Below are positions 36,701-46,046 of a stretch of DNA of 64,000 nt, one piece after another. Under the pieces are notes generated by a model. It was not told where the DNA came from and did not search any database. It was given only the letters and a program-made list of their open reading frames with translations. The translations under genes were made by a program, and so were the position numbers. The stretch's first letter is position 1. Every line of letters begins with the position of its first letter. Origin of the DNA: a virus; the IMG/VR virus record IMGVR_UViG_3300028559_000033, positions 4,613 through 68,612 of that record; one strand, 5' to 3'.

Positions 36701-38961
36701 ACAGACTGAGCAATTCCTATAGAGTATTGTACTGCGTTAACTGTAGCCTGACTTACTCCAATTCCAGTAATATATTGAAGCGCACCAGATGAATTAAAAT
36801 AAGTTGATGCAGCACCAATAGTTTTTCTATTACTATTAGCCTTCAAATCATACAATACAGAATTATAAATATCCCGAATATCATCAAAGCAATCTAAAGT
36901 TGTTCCTGGTCCAGGAACACTAAAATTCAATCCAGATACGGAGGTTAAGAACCCAACTGTTTCTGCTGCGATATAGCTTAAATTATTCTCTAAAAGCCTA
37001 GCCGCATCTTGTTCTCTGTGATTTCCCGCAAATCCACTAAATCCACTAGTTAGAAATCCAACAGATTCTTTTGCAATATAATCTAAATTTGTGCGAATTA
37101 GATTTGCAGCATCAAAAAATCTATTTACCGCAACTCCTAGAAGTGGCTGAAATGCGACTACTGCAGCACCATCAGTCATACTCTGAGCCTGATTCTCTCT
37201 AAAGCTCATATCTGCAATATGACAACCGTTATTAACTTGATATAAATCAAGATTTGGATATTTTGGCGCAACTACAACGTTTCTAAGTTCTCCCCCCTCA
37301 ACTGAGACTGTAGGCTTCAATACAATTGGGTTTTCTTCAACGTAAAATCCAGGAAATACCTTAATAGTATCACCAAAAACTGCTATAGCAGCCGCTGCTT
37401 TAATTGTTTTCTTTGCGTGATTCTCCGCCAATCCAGTATTATTATCATCTCCAGCTTGAGTAACAAATATAGTCTTGCCATTAGGCTTATATGCATCTAC
37501 TCTAACTCTACCTTTACCATTAGCTGGGTCAAGTACAACTCCAATTCCAGAAGTAATGTGTGTTACAATTCCAGTTAGATTAACACCATCTCCAAATAGA
37601 GTAGTTGCGACAAGAATATCGGCATTTACATCATTTAATAGAGAATCTCCAGAAACTTCCAATGTCTGAACATCTGCAATCCCACCAATCACATCAATAG
37701 CTGTTGAGGCAATACCAGTTAAATTTCCAATAAATCTTGGAGATTCAACAGAACCCGAAACGGCTAATCTATTACTAGTAGAATTGAAGGTTAAGTCTGC
37801 TGTATCAGTTTTCAACTGTACTTGAGAAGATGGGTTCTCCGCTAATACTAATTTATACTCTACATTATTATTCGCTTCTGAAACTTCTACCGTGATTGAG
37901 GCTACAGCATCTGCCCAAACAGGAGGTAGTGTGTCTCCTCTAGAAGTTAGGACTTGAGTTGTGGCTCCCGTTCCAACTCTAGGTCCTCTATCAAATCGTA
38001 TTGTTCTACTTTCCGAACCACCAACTAAATGATTTTTAGTAAGAACAACAAACCCACCTCCAATAGATTGAATATATGTATCGTTAGGGATTCTCAGTTG
38101 AGGAGAATCAACAACAAAATCTCCAGGTAATAGTGAACTTGTGTCTATACTTATAATATTGGGAGTAGCTCCAGATAGAGTTCCAGTTGCAAACTTTACT
38201 AAGCCAGGTAGGACTGGAGCATATAGATACCCATCAAATGCAATATCACCACGAACATCTAAATTATATTCAGGTAAACTAGTGTTGATTCCAAGTCTTC
38301 CAGTACTTGGTATAGCTGAAAATTTTGATGAACTCGCATTTAATTGAACCGTTCCAATTCCTGGAGCAAGAGCTGGATAAAATGTTGATGCTGAGTTAGT
38401 ATCAACAATTGTAACATCCCGAGTTGTAGTTGATGCGCCAGAAACATTAGAATAATTTGACGTTCCCGCTACCGAAATATCATATGTTCTTGAAGGTATG
38501 TCTAATGCGAATGAAGAAATTCCAGAGATATCAATATTATACAGTCCAGATAATCTGGCTGCATCTACTGTACCACCTACTATATTTTCTGCAAATGGTA
38601 AATAGATTGCAGTCTGAGCAATACCAAGAATATTGATATCATAATTTCCAGAAAGTCTATCTGGAGATATAATACCATCTAATATATTTTCCGCATTTTG
38701 TAAATTTTCGGCTGTTGTAACGCCAATATAATATCTACCAGAAAGTCTTTCTGTACTTATTGTTCCTGTTAATATATTCTTCGCATCCGTTAAGGTGATT
38801 GCATATCCTGCTGTTCCTTCCAAATCACCAACGAATAATTCCGAGGTAATCGTAGTCGCTCCAACAATACCACTATTTTCTAAGTTTAAATTATCACCAG
38901 TTGCTAATTCTTCAATCCTACTTGTAGTAGAATTAGCTATAAGTGGATATCTATCAGACAT
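33784..38961 (-). CDS. Large baseplate / tail structural protein (1725 aa)
   Basis: IFVTQAGDDNNTG....AKKTIKAA motif, helical DAA.L...N..YIA.E / KC..D...GGN repeats, about four ~80-aa ATYDNTTG...FSC...HTYVSGG repeats. Confidence 0.75.
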   Translation of the reverse strand: MSDRYPLIANSTTSRIEELATGDNLNLENSGIVGATTITSELFVGDLEGTAGYAITLTDAKNILTGTISTERLSGRYYIGVTTAENLQNAENILDGIISPDRLSGNYDINILGIAQTAIYLPFAENIVGGTVDAARLSGLYNIDISGISSFALDIPSRTYDISVAGTSNYSNVSGASTTTRDVTIVDTNSASTFYPALAPGIGTVQLNASSSKFSAIPSTGRLGINTSLPEYNLDVRGDIAFDGYLYAPVLPGLVKFATGTLSGATPNIISIDTSSLLPGDFVVDSPQLRIPNDTYIQSIGGGFVVLTKNHLVGGSESRTIRFDRGPRVGTGATTQVLTSRGDTLPPVWADAVASITVEVSEANNNVEYKLVLAENPSSQVQLKTDTADLTFNSTSNRLAVSGSVESPRFIGNLTGIASTAIDVIGGIADVQTLEVSGDSLLNDVNADILVATTLFGDGVNLTGIVTHITSGIGVVLDPANGKGRVRVDAYKPNGKTIFVTQAGDDNNTGLAENHAKKTIKAAAAIAVFGDTIKVFPGFYVEENPIVLKPTVSVEGGELRNVVVAPKYPNLDLYQVNNGCHIADMSFRENQAQSMTDGAAVVAFQPLLGVAVNRFFDAANLIRTNLDYIAKESVGFLTSGFSGFAGNHREQDAARLLENNLSYIAAETVGFLTSVSGLNFSVPGPGTTLDCFDDIRDIYNSVLYDLKANSNRKTIGAASTYFNSSGALQYITGIGVSQATVNAVQYSIGIAQSVINNVSPPISYQSGIGSIRQTLIPSVVPVVGGCVAVATTIRQLVGIVTTSIGIGNTNSVPALRFGVMLESDKCVSDVKDIWKCIIHDITRGGNSRSIDSGRIYYDSNWNLKPGILKNPQERAQTVSAVDYSFNVARAIVNNVTWGGFPVGLGINVSDAVYDATSGIVTITATNHGLVKDSSVRIVGLGFTCPSGIGTLVYPTGSQGSIFNVHNVIGVNTFSSVVGQSTLPHTYVSGGTVQRYTNIQNDFYQVKDLQLPNDPLTGFNNGITGCSNVISAIRSCVGIVTNIVGLGSSAFTVVGIRTTYPGNSGIGFTSHVRVTSATYDNTSGITTVLAPGLRAIVGETIELRDLTFSCNSGSGSTTQIFPSGVYGYDFPIIKTNSNGAIQVYVGASTLPHTYVGGGVVVERTVSVSTASYQNTTGIVTITASGLSIKTGDLVTIRNLNFSCSSGGGTTTIYPTGSQGYRFKVLDIVSDKPRAVTQATYNNTTGIANITAPGIGITVNDLVELQNLEFSCPGSPPNLLFPSGKNGTRFRVLTSVGSTFTVNVGPSTISHTYVSGGVAIGRTQTAGNTFTIQVGPSTITHSYVSGGVAIPPFSRGVGITPQGPYVKNCTNFISGSIGMKVNGFDAEPGDKDDIGVTGTMSVDSYTQFNQGGIGVSITNGAYAQLVSIFTICDDIAIFTGSGGQCDIVNSNSSFGRLGLYANGIGDATTGSTYHSTGVVEVEALARTNVLTVSGIGNYRPYDGQVCYFGEKFFFVETISVTNGGSNYTTAPRVTVSAPEGQNGITVQATTTIQNGSVISVNILNSGSQYRTPPIITIAPPFVGGTQATATVSSMQPIYYKVDSATLPSSGISTVSFLQSFNNTISVGTTVYFSRVSQQIVCSHSFEWVGSGNDINRAKPALGGVTVPENETVQKDGGIVIYTSTNQAGNFKIGDGIIINQATGQITGRDFTKALFTTMTPLILALSD

Positions 38962-39018
38962 TATGTATATGAATTGATTTATGTTCTTAAGATATTTATC
39001 AACTTTATAAACCCAATA

Positions 39019-40650
39019 TTATTCCGTTTCATATGAAGTAAAGTCAATTCTCTCCAACTCATCAATATCTTGTTCTAAAGTTGAAATATTTTCAGTTAAT
39101 CCACCAATTCCTTGAAGAACTGACCAAGCTTCCAGTTGTTTTCTGTCTCTATCTCTACGAAGTGCATTCGTAGACCCAATTAATGGTTCCAAAATTGGAG
39201 AATTTTGAGCCAAAATAACAGTTAGAGTTGATAATGCATCATCAATATTTTGTTGCAATTGATTACAAGAAACTCCATCAGTAGCAATACCTATATTACT
39301 CGTATAAGCCAATCCAACAGCAGAATATTGAGTAGTAGAACCAATTCCTGTTGTAATGATACTAGTAGTGATAGCTACTGTTCCTTCAGGAGCAATGGAC
39401 GATGCACATCCAATTAACAATATATCAGAACAATCTCTAAATATTGGCCAGGAAAATGTACCAAAATAAAATTCAGCTCTACCTGCTCCAACGGAAGGTT
39501 CTGGATTTACTATAGCCGAAATTGATTCGTCAAAATAAGACTGACTTGGACTCCAAGTTTGAGTTGGAGTTGGACTTCCAGAAGAATCTAAATATGCGCT
39601 ATATCCTACACCTAAAGTTTCCGAAGAAACCACTCCAATTGATAGTGGTTCAAACGGATTTTGAGTATAATCAAAATCAAGTTGAACCGTATTTTGTCGT
39701 ATTGCGGAAAAATTTGTATTTTCGGTAGAGGTATTGGCCACCGTAGAAATAAAAATTGCGGGATACTTCGCAACAATTCCAACAGTAAACTCTGCCTCAC
39801 TAATATTCTGTGAAGCTGGAGAATCTAAAATTAAACTATTGCATTGTAATGAACTCGTGGAATATCCACCAATGGTGTTTAAATAAGTGATGTTAACCGA
39901 AGTTGTTCCAAATCCAACAATTGAAGAATTAATTAAATTTTGGTATTGAAATCTCATACCTGTAATAATGCCCACGGACGAGACTCCAGAACCATAATGT
40001 TGAAAAATGGTTGAGCCAGAAGAAATTCCACCAACTAAAGTGGTCACGAGACCCACTCGTTCGGTTACTCCAAAACCAATAACAGTAGGCAAGGGTATTA
40101 TTGGAATAGCACTAGGAGTTCCTAAGGTATCTACAATTAAATCTCCAGTAGAGATATTATTAATCAGATTTTCATTGAAAGTTACGGCAATTACATTGCT
40201 ATTAGTATCAATTGCTCCAGAAAATCCAGCTACAATATTTGACCCGTATTCTCTGTCCAATGGTTTTTTATAATATTTGATTCCTCTATATGGAATATAA
40301 GAATAGGTATTGATATTCTTTTTAACCTCATACTTATAATATGTTAAACTCTCTGTTGGACTAACCGAAAACTCAGAATTCGGTGCCCAAGATTCAATAA
40401 AAACCCAAACTAAATCACTTCTACAGCCCGCAGAAATTCGTGCATCGTATGCAAGCTTTACTTGCACAATGTAATCGTTAATAATTTTTATTGTCTTCTT
40501 AGCATCTTCATCAATTTTACTGACTAAATTTGTATACTTATCTAAGTCTATATCCAACAGAGTTAACCTACTAATAAGAGAATCTCTTTGATTTCTCTTG
40601 TTTAGTAGCTCCTGCTGTAAATTAGCTATAATTTCCTTAGATGAAGACAT
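39019..40650 (-). CDS. Virion structural hypothetical protein
   Basis: 543 aa with coiled-coil ends and a beta-rich middle; last gene of the gp5 operon. Confidence 0.7.
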   Translation of the reverse strand: MSSSKEIIANLQQELLNKRNQRDSLISRLTLLDIDLDKYTNLVSKIDEDAKKTIKIINDYIVQVKLAYDARISAGCRSDLVWVFIESWAPNSEFSVSPTESLTYYKYEVKKNINTYSYIPYRGIKYYKKPLDREYGSNIVAGFSGAIDTNSNVIAVTFNENLINNISTGDLIVDTLGTPSAIPIIPLPTVIGFGVTERVGLVTTLVGGISSGSTIFQHYGSGVSSVGIITGMRFQYQNLINSSIVGFGTTSVNITYLNTIGGYSTSSLQCNSLILDSPASQNISEAEFTVGIVAKYPAIFISTVANTSTENTNFSAIRQNTVQLDFDYTQNPFEPLSIGVVSSETLGVGYSAYLDSSGSPTPTQTWSPSQSYFDESISAIVNPEPSVGAGRAEFYFGTFSWPIFRDCSDILLIGCASSIAPEGTVAITTSIITTGIGSTTQYSAVGLAYTSNIGIATDGVSCNQLQQNIDDALSTLTVILAQNSPILEPLIGSTNALRRDRDRKQLEAWSVLQGIGGLTENISTLEQDIDELERIDFTSYETE

Positions 40651-41483
40651 TATATCATTTCCTCACTTGTGTATTCAACTTCTAACTTATTTACATCAAT
40701 TCTCTCAGCATACACTATGTAACTACAATCTATTGAATTAAATGAATGATTTGAAATAACTATAGAATTATTATTGCGTTCCATACCCAAAACATATAAT
40801 TTTTGAAATTTATTGTGTGATGTTAGATGAACGGTTATAGTATCATAATTTACCAATCCTCGCCAATACTCAGGAAGGTCAATTACATCATTTCCCAATA
40901 ATCTTCCTCTACAATATACCCCAATTTCTGGTCCTTCCAAACAGGCGTGTCTTAATCTCATTCCCGACTTATTTGGATGCGGAATATCAAATTTTTTAAA
41001 TGGGGCAGCAACAGAGGAAAATGCTCCATATGCTGCAATAATTTTTGGAGTAGTTATAATTTGTGTGACATTCAATGGTCCATTTATATTAACTGGGCCA
41101 TTAGCGATTGAATTTGAATTTGAGATATTTTGTGAATTCTTCAAATCCAATCCATTCTTAATTGCAATTGCATTTACTGTAATCGTTCCAGTAAAATTAC
41201 TCACTGCTGCAACATTTAGATTTCCCAGAACATTTGTTACTCCATTTATATTTGAGATTCCTAATACTTCTAAAGATGCAGGAAGAGCCAATCCAGGAAG
41301 TGGTGGCCCAATCATACAAGTAGCTCTAGCAACTCCAATTTGCGGTGTTGCTCCAATATAAACTGGTCCATTTAAAACCACAGTTCCAGGAGTCACTCTA
41401 GAAGTTCCAGTTAAAAATGAGGTATCAACTTGACCAACAACTAATTTGTCACCAACATTGGCGATTGAAGCAATATGGGCCAT
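40650..41483 (-). CDS. Tail spike / fibre-tip protein with C-terminal chaperone-like domain
   Basis: KKFDIPHP...RLRHACLEGPE.GVY.RG...LPEYW, a C-terminal module common on cyanophage fibres. Confidence 0.7.
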   Translation of the reverse strand: MAHIASIANVGDKLVVGQVDTSFLTGTSRVTPGTVVLNGPVYIGATPQIGVARATCMIGPPLPGLALPASLEVLGISNINGVTNVLGNLNVAAVSNFTGTITVNAIAIKNGLDLKNSQNISNSNSIANGPVNINGPLNVTQIITTPKIIAAYGAFSSVAAPFKKFDIPHPNKSGMRLRHACLEGPEIGVYCRGRLLGNDVIDLPEYWRGLVNYDTITVHLTSHNKFQKLYVLGMERNNNSIVISNHSFNSIDCSYIVYAERIDVNKLEVEYTSEEMI

Positions 41484-42053
41484 TTAACTCAATGTACCAT
41501 TCTGAAAGAATTTCTTAAGAGATTGCAATCCACTTAAGATTTGACCAAAAAAACTACCCTGCAATAAATCCGTCGCACTAGAATCTGCATTTAGAATTTG
41601 TGCAGATGAAGATTTGGTTCCAGCCAAAGTTTCTAGATTTCCAGTAGCAGTTACTGTAATATTTGTACCATTTTCTTTAATGTATGGAGCACGAATATCA
41701 ATAATTTTTCCAGAATTAATGGTAATTTCACCACTTCCATCTTCAGCAACAATACGAATATTTCTAGCTTTCAGTATAATATCACCATTTTGAGCTTCTA
41801 GATGAAGATTTCCATTCTCTACAAGAATCACCTTACCAGGCTCTCCCACATTACATTGTTTGCCTACATATTCACACGAAGTACTTGGAACAACTTCAAT
41901 TCTCTTCCCATCTTTCTGCATCAATTGAACATTCCCACCATCAGTGGTCAAGCCATATTCTATAACATTTCCATCTTGTGAAACATTACTATAAACTTTA
42001 GCTGCAGCTAGAGTTTCAATATCATAACCTTCATTATTCTGCGTCATACACAA
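41484..42053 (-). CDS. gp5 C-terminal beta-helix-like protein
   Basis: ENGNLHLEAQNGDIILKARNIRI beta-helix pattern, directly after gp5. Confidence 0.6.
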   Translation of the reverse strand: MCMTQNNEGYDIETLAAAKVYSNVSQDGNVIEYGLTTDGGNVQLMQKDGKRIEVVPSTSCEYVGKQCNVGEPGKVILVENGNLHLEAQNGDIILKARNIRIVAEDGSGEITINSGKIIDIRAPYIKENGTNITVTATGNLETLAGTKSSSAQILNADSSATDLLQGSFFGQILSGLQSLKKFFQNGTLS

Positions 42054-44494
42054 TCCACCACATCTATAACTCCGAGTTGATTTAATATAATTCCAGGAGT
42101 ATTAGTTTTTGGAATATATTGTAAGACAGGATAGAATTCAAGTCCTTCTCCAGTCTTACTATCTATACCATAATTAGGAATCTCCGTAAATTCTTTGGTA
42201 TTAGGTATAGAAGTTACTCCAACAATTGCACCAATTGGACTTACAATTGGAGTAACTGAAACACCACCAATATCAATTACGTCTCCAGAAGTATATCCAA
42301 TTCCAGGAGATATAATCACAACTGAAGTTATAATTCCAACAGGAGATGAAAATTCTGCTGAATTTGGAGGAAAATACGTAGAGACTCCCAATAGTGGAGG
42401 CTTAGTTAAAGTAGGTTGTACTATTGGAGAAAGTTTATCGTTAATTAAGATTTTCGCTCTTGCAACAATATTTTGGTCAGAATCCAATAGGTCAAATACA
42501 AGTTCCTCCAACTGCTCATTTAGAGTATCTTGTGAAATTGTTATGGGAACAATTGCTTGATTATTAAAAATTAAAACATTCCCAACTAAATCATTAACTA
42601 CATCATCACTTGAAATATCTCCTCCCAATGAATATGTTAATATAGTTCCATCTAAAACATTTTCTGTAAATATTGAAAATTCACAAGTTTCTCCTTCATA
42701 TAAAGAATACCGATTTGGAATAATTACATAGTACGGAATCCGAATAATATTGTTTAAATTGGTCTCACAATACCCTGAACCCGCAGAAGTAAGGTAAATT
42801 TGAGATATTTTTCCATTTTCAAGAATAGCATTTGCCTTTGCACCTGAACCATAATTAGTGTTATCAATAATGTTAATATTTGGTAGGACTGAATATCCGT
42901 AACCAGAATTGATAAGCTCTATAGATAAAATTGACCCATTTGTTCCCACTACAGGAATTGCATAGGCACCAAATCCATCTCCATAAATTTCTACCTCAGG
43001 AGGCAAACAATTTACGTATAGAGTATTATTGCTTACTAAATCTGACTGAGATTGTGGAGAATTTACTCTCTGATAACATTCGTTGAAAAGTCCCGCATCA
43101 GAACCATACCCATATATGGATAGTGAATTTATAGATACATTCAGATTTTCACCGAATCCATCAATAATGTTCATCTTACTCACTACTCGGTTCCAATTAT
43201 CATATTGACCTGCACTAGGCCCAGAATTCAAGGACCATTCAGATGGAGCTTCGCACTTTAAATTATCACATCCAATTAAGTTAAAAATCTGAGTTGCAAT
43301 TGAACTCGCTTGAGATAATATACTAGAAATCTGAGATGCTCCACTCATTAACCAATCCAATCCACTCACAACAGGACCTAACAGTTCATCAATGATACTT
43401 AAGACTTGACTTAAAATTGCTGCAATAAATTCTTCAATTGCACATAATGGAGCATTTATAACATTTCCAACCAATCTGCTGAGTAAATCTTCAATAAACG
43501 GTGAAGCAATATCTAGAATATTCTCAAATAAACAGAAGATAATATTGATAATATTTTTTGCCGCCTCACCAACAATTGGTTGTTGAGGAATGGGAACTAC
43601 TAGTCCAACAAATTGTGAAAATAGATTTCCCACAATTTTCATCAAAACATTTCTCATATTATTGATAAGAAACTTCATTGCTCCAACAATAATTCTGGTA
43701 GTATTCCGAATTTCATTTTGAATATCTACAAAAACATTCAAAACTGGGTCAATATAAGTATTCAAATAACTCTGAAGCCCTGTAACTGTTGCAATAAAAT
43801 TTTGAATTGCAGATGTAATTTTTCCAATGATATTATCATTGCAGCCATTCTCCGAGAGTATCTTTTTTGACCCCACAGTAGCATATGCTACCTGTAGAGC
43901 CTTATCATTTGGAAAGAATTTATCTGAGGCATTCTTAACATTTGATACAGTTGATGAAATGGGAGAATTGGTATTTGAACTAATACCAGAAGCTGGATTG
44001 GGCGGAGAAAGTTGTGTACTTACATTGAGTTGTTTAGTAGGACCTTGAGTAATTCGGGAATTCGCTCCAGTTCCAGGGAATGGTTTAAACGCAATATCAT
44101 CTATTGGAAAATTTTGAACATTTGAATTACGATATAAAACTCCAGAAATTACGGGTTGTTGAGCATCGTCACCATCTAGAAAAAATCCAAATACTGTTTC
44201 TCCTCCAACTAACTTATGTGTCTTTCCATATCCACCCTGAGCATTCCCATCAGTTGGTCCCATCATAATATGTGCCCAAGGCAAATCATTATCTGAAAGC
44301 TCATTTCTATCATAAGTATGATATCCAATGATTCTCACTTTACATCTAGCAGCCCAGGCTTTCTCATTCTCTACGAAATTGATACTAACTTTACTTGGAA
44401 TATCCCAAACTTCTGGTGGTGCTACTTGTCCTAACCACCAAATAAATCCATCCTTACCTAGAAAGTTTGATTTAAATAAAGTCTCTTCAATCAT
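42044..44494 (-). CDS. gp5: Baseplate hub / central spike protein gp5
   Basis: GKDGFIWWLGQV, RCKVRIIGYH, LPWA, VFGFFLDGDDAQQPVI: gp5 N-terminal OB domain. Confidence 0.9.
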   Translation of the reverse strand: MIEETLFKSNFLGKDGFIWWLGQVAPPEVWDIPSKVSINFVENEKAWAARCKVRIIGYHTYDRNELSDNDLPWAHIMMGPTDGNAQGGYGKTHKLVGGETVFGFFLDGDDAQQPVISGVLYRNSNVQNFPIDDIAFKPFPGTGANSRITQGPTKQLNVSTQLSPPNPASGISSNTNSPISSTVSNVKNASDKFFPNDKALQVAYATVGSKKILSENGCNDNIIGKITSAIQNFIATVTGLQSYLNTYIDPVLNVFVDIQNEIRNTTRIIVGAMKFLINNMRNVLMKIVGNLFSQFVGLVVPIPQQPIVGEAAKNIINIIFCLFENILDIASPFIEDLLSRLVGNVINAPLCAIEEFIAAILSQVLSIIDELLGPVVSGLDWLMSGASQISSILSQASSIATQIFNLIGCDNLKCEAPSEWSLNSGPSAGQYDNWNRVVSKMNIIDGFGENLNVSINSLSIYGYGSDAGLFNECYQRVNSPQSQSDLVSNNTLYVNCLPPEVEIYGDGFGAYAIPVVGTNGSILSIELINSGYGYSVLPNINIIDNTNYGSGAKANAILENGKISQIYLTSAGSGYCETNLNNIIRIPYYVIIPNRYSLYEGETCEFSIFTENVLDGTILTYSLGGDISSDDVVNDLVGNVLIFNNQAIVPITISQDTLNEQLEELVFDLLDSDQNIVARAKILINDKLSPIVQPTLTKPPLLGVSTYFPPNSAEFSSPVGIITSVVIISPGIGYTSGDVIDIGGVSVTPIVSPIGAIVGVTSIPNTKEFTEIPNYGIDSKTGEGLEFYPVLQYIPKTNTPGIILNQLGVIDVVDCV

Positions 44495-44496
44495 AA

Positions 44497-44706
44497 TTAC
44501 ACATCATATTGTCTGCATTCTGGAGCTTCTGGATTACTATCGCAGTAAATTTCAAGTGAACTCGGCACATCAACAGCATCTGGATGATGAGTTTGATACG
44601 TTACCAGTTCATCCAAATAGTTTTCTAAATATCTTCGTCTTTGACTACCTAGATTGGATGATTCTAAGGTAATTGTAATTTCGGAAATTGCGTGTTGAAT
44701 TTTCAT
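44497..44706 (-). CDS. cp12: CP12 Calvin-cycle inhibitor (cyanophage type)
   Basis: C-terminal LEIYCDSNPEAPECRQYD with the Cys pair; QRRRYLE helix typical of phage CP12. Confidence 0.9.
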   Translation of the reverse strand: MKIQHAISEITITLESSNLGSQRRRYLENYLDELVTYQTHHPDAVDVPSSLEIYCDSNPEAPECRQYDV

Positions 44707-44708
44707 AG

Positions 44709-46046
44709 TTAATTAGTGTTAGATGAGCCATATAGACCATAGCTATCTCGTATTAGTTTTAAACTAGTTAGGCACATAGCAGGTTCAATGTGATGTCTAA
44801 GTTCCTTAATGAGATAATTTCCACTTTGTTGGTCGTCAGCCTCGAATTTATCTCCAATTTGGATTCGTGGAAATTCGGCATAAATTATATTACCAACAGT
44901 CAAATTTATATTCATTGGAACTGTCATATTTAGTGATTGAGTAAATAATAAATTATATCTAGATATGGATTTGGACATATCTGCAATGTCTCTCATAGGA
45001 GTGGTATCAGTAATTCCATCAGTTGTACTAGAATTATCCATCACTCCAATATCAGAAGTCCGAACCATAATTCTTGAAATTGAATCTCCAAGACCATCGG
45101 ATAATGCAACATTTGCATCCTGACCTAAAATTGAAGAATTTTTCAATTCGGTTTTCAAATTATACTTATATATTGAAAATTGATTTGAGTATAGATTGTA
45201 GAAATATGTAGCATTAGAATACATACCCACTCGTAAATTTTTAAGCAAGTCTGTATTTTTATCAAATCCATAGCTCAGAATTCTATATTCATTTAGTGGA
45301 GAATTTGCAGTTGTAATCTGAGAATAGTAATATTTGTAGATAATCTTTGAATTTGACGTTCCTGGTTGAGTGTTTTTAACTAATCCTTCTACACTCTTAA
45401 AATTAAATCCATCTTTATTTTCATAAAATAAAAATCCAGCAACACCCTTTGCTGCTCCAGATAAACTGTCACCACTAGTATTTGTAGCCGAAGTTCCTTG
45501 AGGAATAGACTTTGGGCCTAACCAAGTTAAAATATGAAATGGTTTCTTCTGATTACTAATGAACGAATAGCTATTTGCAGTCTTTTCAATATTCTCTTCT
45601 AAATAACGAGAAGTTTTCAATACATCTTTAAGTATTGACGTTACAGATTGGTCTATAGTTCCATCATATCTTCGTCTACATCTAATAGTTTCATTCGTAA
45701 TTCCCTCTCTTGAAATGAGATTGAGTGCAAATGTTTCTGCATTGGTATCTTGTGAGATATTGGAAACCTTATATACATACAACGAACGGTCTCCTTGACA
45801 ATCAAACTCACCAAATGGAGTTTCTATCAATAATTCCACCGATTCTCCTCCACGAATAGGAAGAGTGTTCAACATTGAAGTTGAACATAGTATTCTAGCA
45901 GTTATGGTAATTGCTGGAGACAGTAAATCCTCATAATAATCTAAAAATAGGAGTGAAGACGACCCCATTAAATCTACAGTAATGCCACCGTCTAATGTGG
46001 TTATTGTAAATAACTTCGGTTCAAATGAGGTTACTGAATCAGACAT
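44709..46046 (-). CDS. Baseplate hub protein (gp27-like)
   Basis: YYEDLLSP, GFLFYENKDGFNFKS, SGNYLIKELRH; located next to gp5. Confidence 0.7.
   Translation of the reverse strand: MSDSVTSFEPKLFTITTLDGGITVDLMGSSSLLFLDYYEDLLSPAITITARILCSTSMLNTLPIRGGESVELLIETPFGEFDCQGDRSLYVYKVSNISQDTNAETFALNLISREGITNETIRCRRRYDGTIDQSVTSILKDVLKTSRYLEENIEKTANSYSFISNQKKPFHILTWLGPKSIPQGTSATNTSGDSLSGAAKGVAGFLFYENKDGFNFKSVEGLVKNTQPGTSNSKIIYKYYYSQITTANSPLNEYRILSYGFDKNTDLLKNLRVGMYSNATYFYNLYSNQFSIYKYNLKTELKNSSILGQDANVALSDGLGDSISRIMVRTSDIGVMDNSSTTDGITDTTPMRDIADMSKSISRYNLLFTQSLNMTVPMNINLTVGNIIYAEFPRIQIGDKFEADDQQSGNYLIKELRHHIEPAMCLTSLKLIRDSYGLYGSSNTN

Noticed and set aside
26898-38961. Collagen-like substrate for the prolyl hydroxylase
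   Set aside because: The Gly-rich fibres show GIGT and GxGY beta motifs, not continuous Gly-X-Y triplets.
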